A DNA stretch of 64,000 nucleotides from a bacterium (GTDB lineage Bacteria; Zhuqueibacterota; Zhuqueibacteria; Oceanimicrobiales; Oceanimicrobiaceae). Where the stretch lies: NCBI GenBank assembly GCA_037446635.1, contig JBBIIG010000002.1:32001-96000 (forward strand), given 5' to 3'. Every line of letters begins with the position of its first letter. Position 1 is the first letter of the stretch. Of the stretch, positions 59,901 through 64,000 are shown piece after piece. The notes under the pieces were generated by a model. That model was not told the DNA's origin. It saw nothing but the letters and a program-made list of their open reading frames with translations, and searched no databases. The position numbers and the translations under genes are program-made.

Positions 59901-61043
59901 TTTGTGAATATTAAGCACCGGCGAGCTGATGCGAAGCTGCGTGCCGAGACCGCGGTCGCCAACTTTCATATCCGGCCGGCCAGGATCTTCCAGCGCCGGC
60001 ACGCCGATGTTCGACGGATTAATGCGCGAAATTTTTCCGCCGCGCTCAAAGGTGCGGAACATGTCGGTCACCTGGCTGATCTCCCAGCGCGGCAGCGGCA
60101 CCACAAACGGCAGCACCCCTTTGTTTCTGATTTCATCAGCCGTCGGCGGCGGCACCGTGTTGATGCGCTGCGGCGTGCCGTCGCGGGCGTAGCTCTCGCC
60201 GAGTACATAGACTTTGTTGGAGACGATGCCGTTGTTGTACGCTGCGCCGCCGAACAGAAGCGTCGAAGTTGTCATCATACTTTTTTTGACGTTCAGCACT
60301 TCCTGCGGATGACACGAGCCGCAGGTTTCATCCGCAACCCGCAAGTCTCCCGGATTCACGAACTTGATGAACTCCGGCGTTTCATCATTGAGCACGGTAA
60401 ACGATCGTTTCGGATTCGCCGACGATTCCCAAACCTCCGCGTGCTTCGGTTTCACGTGCGCCTTGTCCTGCGTTTTCGCGAGCGGATTGGCGCCGTGGCA
60501 ATCGCTGCAGCCCAACTTCTCTGCTGGCGAGGCATGCATATTTTCGATGCCGCGATGGCAAGTCACGCAGCCTTGACTTTTGTTGACGACGTCCTCCACC
60601 GCCTGCCGCACCTGCCGCCGCCCTTTGGATTTGACATCATCCGCTTTTTCCTCTTTTGAAGAGGGGTCAGCGAGGATGTCAAGCTCTTCGAGAATGGGAG
60701 TTTCCTCTTTCGATTTAAGAGAGTCGGCCTCTTGGGCACATAAATGCCCAACGAGAAGAACCATTAGACTGAAGACTATCGAGCAGAGAGCTTTTTTGAG
60801 GAAACTTGCTTTTATATGGAGATGGCTTCGACTTAGTAGCCAAATCGCAAGCGCGAATTCTCCTCTCCCAAATTCCGCCATTTGGAATTTGGGGGAGGCC
60901 GGGAGGGGGTCGGCTCCCCACCTAACCTCCCTCATTTTTAAAAAGCAAAAATGGGGGAGGAACGTTTTGGAGTGCCTTGACTGCGTCAAGGCGGTGGCGA
61001 CACAGTCGCCGCACTCCAAAGCCTTTCCAAAATGTACTTTCAT
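56991..61043 (-). CDS. Large decahaem c-type cytochrome with C-terminal LVIVD-repeat (beta-propeller-like) domain
   Basis: Ten CxxCH motifs counted; repeats YAYVAAGQQGLVMIDI, YAFVCDEEGVKVIDV; AAGGAAG RBS before ATG 61043. Confidence 0.88.
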   Translation of the reverse strand: MKVHFGKALECGDCVATALTQSRHSKTFLPHFCFLKMREVRWGADPLPASPKFQMAEFGRGEFALAIWLLSRSHLHIKASFLKKALCSIVFSLMVLLVGHLCAQEADSLKSKEETPILEELDILADPSSKEEKADDVKSKGRRQVRQAVEDVVNKSQGCVTCHRGIENMHASPAEKLGCSDCHGANPLAKTQDKAHVKPKHAEVWESSANPKRSFTVLNDETPEFIKFVNPGDLRVADETCGSCHPQEVLNVKKSMMTTSTLLFGGAAYNNGIVSNKVYVLGESYARDGTPQRINTVPPPTADEIRNKGVLPFVVPLPRWEISQVTDMFRTFERGGKISRINPSNIGVPALEDPGRPDMKVGDRGLGTQLRISSPVLNIHKTRLNDPHLSFMGTNDQPGDYRSSGCTACHVIYANDRSPLHAGAYAKYGNTGYGVTGDKALPKKQEGHPIRHQFTLSIPSSQCMTCHMHQPNAFLNTFYGFQMWDYETDGQALYPEKQQEFSSAEKRALLERNPEEAVLRGKWADRRFLANVSKLNPKLQDTQFSDYHGHGWIFRAVFKKDRKGNLLDKNDNIIPENSEHKFHGVVPLFGDDGFCDDACRTAQKAVHLKDIHLEKGMHCVDCHFERDVHGNGKLYGEFHNAIEIQCVDCHGTVSEYATFKTSGVAAPDGGTDLTLLQTPFRDARFEIIGDKRIQRSMMSDTLQWEISQVRDSIDPNSRGYNPKSYAAKLIAKGGNMQTADGIDEARLAHASQKMECQSCHTSWITNCFGCHLPQQANWQKSMNHFEGTESRNWTTYNPQVVRDDGFMLCINGTTKGNKITTARSSSALVLSSKNANREQIYLQQPPISAPGYSSQAFNPHFAHTVRKAETRACTDCHISSNNDNNAWMAQVLLQGTNFVNFMGKYVYVAEGKDGLTAVAVTEDGEPQAVIGSYLQKLAYPDNFKKHLANKQELQTAHHHGGDYIRSLQLRGEYLYTANGRDGFRVFDVANIDNKAFSQRIVSAPVSPFGQDTHVKTKFATAVALPTNMPIDTKRKAAVENPDNQEKPLHPLYSYAYITDHYEGLILVDVMTLADGDPTNNFLKRDVMFNPDGVLNGARNLAIAGNYVYVLCQKGLVIVSIDDPLKPEVVSTIAPPDLKEPRSIAIQFRYAFVCDEEGVKVIDVTNPESPQIVRNSFVPLSQAMDIYCARTYAYVAAGQQGLVMIDIEKPDSIFIAQTFTANGKINDARGVKVASTNASLFAYVADGKNGLRVIQLTSPLTPGHLGFSPTPQPLLIATHKTRGPALAISKGLDRDRAVDESGNQVSIFGRIGSRPFTLDEQRAFYINEAGEFYTVSDDGWKQFVKKDFSKR
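60855..60966. repeat. Inverted copy of the double-hairpin REP element, in frame within the decahaem gene
   Basis: Reverse complement aligns with 56782-56892 with few mismatches. Confidence 0.85.
60966..61020. repeat. REP-like palindrome TTTGGAGTGC...GCACTCCAAA
   Basis: 10-bp inverted ends with two internal hairpins, within the decahaem 5' coding region. Confidence 0.75.
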
Positions 61044-61063
61044 CACTTCCTTACGTTTGATTT

Positions 61064-62833
61064 TCAATACGTGAAGACAAAACTCGAAAACAGCGCAAAC
61101 TGCACGCGCGATGATTCATACAAATCGCGAAAGCCGCCCAGCGGCGTAAACGTGCTCACCGAAAAAGTGAAGACCGCGTTGTTGTTGAGAAACGGCCGGT
61201 ACACCACGCCGGCGCCGGCGTCGATGCCAACGTCATTGCGAATGCCGCCCTGGTTTAGAAAAAACGCCAGCGATGAAGTATCGACGAAGCGGATGTAGTT
61301 CGCGTTGATCACAAACTCGGTCTTCGGCGTGAGATCGAAATCGAAGGCGAGGTTCGCAATCATCAAACCGGGATTCACAAAGTTTGCCTGTGCCTCGGCT
61401 TTGCTGGGCCGCAAACTCGGCACCAGACTCAGCTTGTTGGTGAGATTCACGCCCAACAAACGAATGCGCTGATTGCTCCAGTAGCTGAACGGTCCGCCGG
61501 CGAAGAACGGCACATCTAAAATCGTGTCGAAGCCCTGACCGACGCCATCGAGCGGATTGGGATCGCCGGAGGAAAAGAAGCCGGACGTGCGCAGCCGCAG
61601 CCAATCTTTGTCGATCGACAATTCCAGTGCCGCCATTTGCGCGCGGATGTCGATAGGCCGGCCCGCCAGCGCATTGAAAGTATCTCTGCCGAACACTTGA
61701 TAGAACGCGTGATTGACGTTGAGCCGCCCGAGGTGGCCGTCGCCGGCCCAGCCGAGATAGTAAGCTTTGATGTCGTGCGGCTGCGTGTTGCCGATCACCG
61801 CGGGCCGCACCGGCACGCCATTTTCATCGACATAAACGCTGGGCTTGTCGTGATTATAATGAAAACTAATTTGCGTCGTGTAGCCGAGGCTCAGAAAATC
61901 CTGCTTGTACAAATTGAAAATGAACACTTCCTGATCCCGCCATTCGAACACCGTGTTCAGCTCGCTGTTGGTGTCCTTCTCCAGCAAACTGAAGTAAGCA
62001 AAATTGTACTGATAGCGATTGGAACCGGCGCTGCCAAACAGCCGCGCGCCCAAATTGAAGTCATCAAAAATAAACCCGCGAAAATCGCTTTTGAATGGCT
62101 GGATGCCGCCTTTGAACGAAATGAAATCGTAGTGCGCGCTGAGATCGAAAAGATGCTTTTCGAGAAACAGCTCCTGCAGCCCAAAGTGATCGTCGTAGCG
62201 CTTGGTGCCCTGCTGCACGTTGACGTTGACATCGTTGTTCTCTTTGCTGTCGAGATAATTGAAACTAACCGCCGCCGTCGCCTTGATTTCGAAATCGCGC
62301 GGCCGGAACGCGGTATTGCCTTTATACAGTTCCAACGACAACCGCAGATTCTCATTCATAAAAAAACGCTCGGCATCGCCGAAGAAACCCTGATTGTTCG
62401 GATCGTTCGTGCTCACTGCGCTGGGCGTCGGCACCGCGGAGGCTTCAAAAAAACTTTCCGTGCTTGCCGTAAAAATGAGGAATGTTTTCTGTCCGATGAT
62501 CGGAAAATCTCCCTTCAACACGTTTTGATTGTAGGGGTCGATGAGCCGCCCTTTGACATTCAGCTCATACGGCGCCAGCTTGATGCTGCGCCAGCGATCG
62601 GGCATTGGCACGAAGTGCGGCACCTCGCGCTGGCTGCGCTCTTGCTTGACGGAATCCGCTTTTGACAACGTCATCTCCTCCGCTGTCCCCTCTCCTCTAA
62701 GAAGAGGGTTAGGGTGAGGTCTCGGGGAGTTCAAAGCCATCAGCGGCAAACTCGTGGCTAAGTGATGTGCTAATATGGCCGAAAGAAGAAACTGGTGCAC
62801 GCGCAGTAGTTTTTGGATAATCATGATCTTCAT
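61064..62833 (-). CDS. Putative outer-membrane beta-barrel protein
   Basis: Signal-like N-terminus; amphipathic strand pattern; C-terminal FSSFVFTY aromatic end. Confidence 0.7.
   Translation of the reverse strand: MKIMIIQKLLRVHQFLLSAILAHHLATSLPLMALNSPRPHPNPLLRGEGTAEEMTLSKADSVKQERSQREVPHFVPMPDRWRSIKLAPYELNVKGRLIDPYNQNVLKGDFPIIGQKTFLIFTASTESFFEASAVPTPSAVSTNDPNNQGFFGDAERFFMNENLRLSLELYKGNTAFRPRDFEIKATAAVSFNYLDSKENNDVNVNVQQGTKRYDDHFGLQELFLEKHLFDLSAHYDFISFKGGIQPFKSDFRGFIFDDFNLGARLFGSAGSNRYQYNFAYFSLLEKDTNSELNTVFEWRDQEVFIFNLYKQDFLSLGYTTQISFHYNHDKPSVYVDENGVPVRPAVIGNTQPHDIKAYYLGWAGDGHLGRLNVNHAFYQVFGRDTFNALAGRPIDIRAQMAALELSIDKDWLRLRTSGFFSSGDPNPLDGVGQGFDTILDVPFFAGGPFSYWSNQRIRLLGVNLTNKLSLVPSLRPSKAEAQANFVNPGLMIANLAFDFDLTPKTEFVINANYIRFVDTSSLAFFLNQGGIRNDVGIDAGAGVVYRPFLNNNAVFTFSVSTFTPLGGFRDLYESSRVQFALFSSFVFTY
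62686..62720. repeat. REP-like element tcccctctcctctaagaagagggttagggtgaggt in frame in the barrel gene
   Basis: Hairpin plus GGGTGAGG tail; encodes PHPNPLLRGEG. Confidence 0.7.
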
Positions 62834-62852
62834 CTCTGGTTGCTGAAGTAAA

Positions 62853-62986
62853 TGTCATTCCCTGCCTGCTGCAGGCAGGCGCGCAGCGAGGAATCTGGCG
62901 CACAGAATCGATTGTTTTGCGAATCAGTGCGAGCGCAGTCACTGAATTCATTCTCCGTCAGATTTCTCGCTGCGCTCGAAATGACA
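62853..62986. repeat. TGTCATT..GCGCAGCGAGGAATCT / AGATTTCTCGCTGCGCTCGAAATGACA REP pair with nested CCTGCCTGCTGCAGGCAGG
   Basis: Inverted arms; the left arm is interrupted at 62861-62879. Confidence 0.78.
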
Positions 62987-63001
62987 ATTCCGACGAGGTG
63001 A

Positions 63002-64000
63002 TTACAAATCCGGGTTGCGCGGAAATTTCAAGTACGGCAGCCGCACATTGAGGTAGAAAAATTGATCGCTGCGCATCTGCATTGGCGGCTCGAAACCGAC
63101 GGCGCCGGCCGCAGCGATGTAATCATCCTGATCCACGCCGTCTCCGCTCACCCCGATGCCGCCGGCGAGCTGGCCATTTTTGTAAAGTGGAACGCCGCCC
63201 GGAAAAATCGTGATGCCGTTGCCGAACGGCGCCAGCGCGATATTCTGCTGCCAGCGGTAGTCGTTCAAAGGCAAAACCGGATCGGGAATAAACAACGGCC
63301 CCGGCTGGGGAGCGCCGCTGGTCGGCTGATCGATCCCCGGTGGAAAAAAGCGCTGGCTCAAAAATCCCACGGCGCGGGTGGTCACTGCTAAATCCTGAGT
63401 AGGTGAAAGTCCCAGCACTTGTCGGATTTGCGCGCCGAAGGGATTGTTGGGGTCGCTGAACGCCACGGCGGTGCGCGCTTTTTGTGCGGAGACGTCGTAG
63501 CTGAAGAAGGTGGCGTCGGGCGTGCGCCAAACGCCGAGCATGCGGCCATCGACGTCCGCGACGCTGATGAACACGCGCGCGGGTGAATTGAACGGCCGGC
63601 GAATCGCGGCGCGGGTTTGATTGGCCTTTGCCACCGCCTGATCGATGATGAGCTGCACATCGGTCGCGGATAAAATTTGTCCGGCGGTGACATTATAATT
63701 ATGGATGCCGTCGCCCAAATCCACCGGGCCCTGATCCGGGAAACGCACGAGATTCGGCAGCGGATAAGTGGGATCGAGCGCGCCGCGGCTGGTAACATCC
63801 GCAAACGTGAAGGTGAAATTGGCGGGCGGAGTCGGCGCAATTTGATAGAGCAACTGCACGCCGTCGATGAAAATCGTATCCGCGCGTTTCTCACTGGGGG
63901 TTGAATAACCGATGACCGCGCCCAGCGCAATGGCCTCATCGGCAATCGGGATGCCGCTGCCGCAGTCGGTGAGAAAGCTCGCCGGCAATCGCCCAACGGT
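63002..64000 (-). CDS. GlcG/HbpS-like haem-binding domain protein (5' truncated by window)
   Basis: VSAQKARTA; GGVPLYKNGQLAGGIGVSGDGVDQDD; frame open to the window end. Confidence 0.85.
   Translation of the reverse strand, partial: TVGRLPASFLTDCGSGIPIADEAIALGAVIGYSTPSEKRADTIFIDGVQLLYQIAPTPPANFTFTFADVTSRGALDPTYPLPNLVRFPDQGPVDLGDGIHNYNVTAGQILSATDVQLIIDQAVAKANQTRAAIRRPFNSPARVFISVADVDGRMLGVWRTPDATFFSYDVSAQKARTAVAFSDPNNPFGAQIRQVLGLSPTQDLAVTTRAVGFLSQRFFPPGIDQPTSGAPQPGPLFIPDPVLPLNDYRWQQNIALAPFGNGITIFPGGVPLYKNGQLAGGIGVSGDGVDQDDYIAAAGAVGFEPPMQMRSDQFFYLNVRLPYLKFPRNPDL

Noticed and set aside
60990..61016. CGDC as an additional haem or metal site in the decahaem protein
   Set aside because: No following His, and it is encoded by a REP palindrome in the leader region
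56991..62833. Assignment as MtrA/MtrB
   Set aside because: Haem spacing, protein size and the LVIVD domain differ from MtrA; only the general architecture is analogous

Overview
Bacterial chromosomal window of moderately high GC; the gene content (FlgD/T9SS-like cargo protein, PorV-family barrel, TonB receptor, GlnRS) suggests a diderm FCB-group lineage such as KSB1/Calditrichota (inference). Left to right: a partial giant Ig-repeat secreted protein plus a PorV-TPR partner; a partner-switching pair in which both proteins carry IS481-transposase-like HTH domains; obgE, dprA, glnS; an accessory stretch (VOC, AraC, split M14 carboxypeptidase, two Uma2 paralogues, decayed TA genes); a two-permease RND operon interrupted by a heptamer-repeat-flanked four-helix-bundle gene; a ZIP transporter and TonB receptor; a TA-rich island with an orphan DNA methyltransferase; and a >15 kb minus-strand cluster encoding a GlcG-like haem-binding protein, a beta-barrel, two decahaem cytochromes, a c554-like cytochrome, a cNMP/4x[4Fe-4S]/His-membrane fusion, a Ser/Thr kinase and a cytochrome-DUF5777 barrel. 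The window is also full of REP/MITE-like palindromes of many families, several nested in each other and several inserted in frame into proteins. No rRNA, tRNA, CRISPR array or intact transposase was seen.
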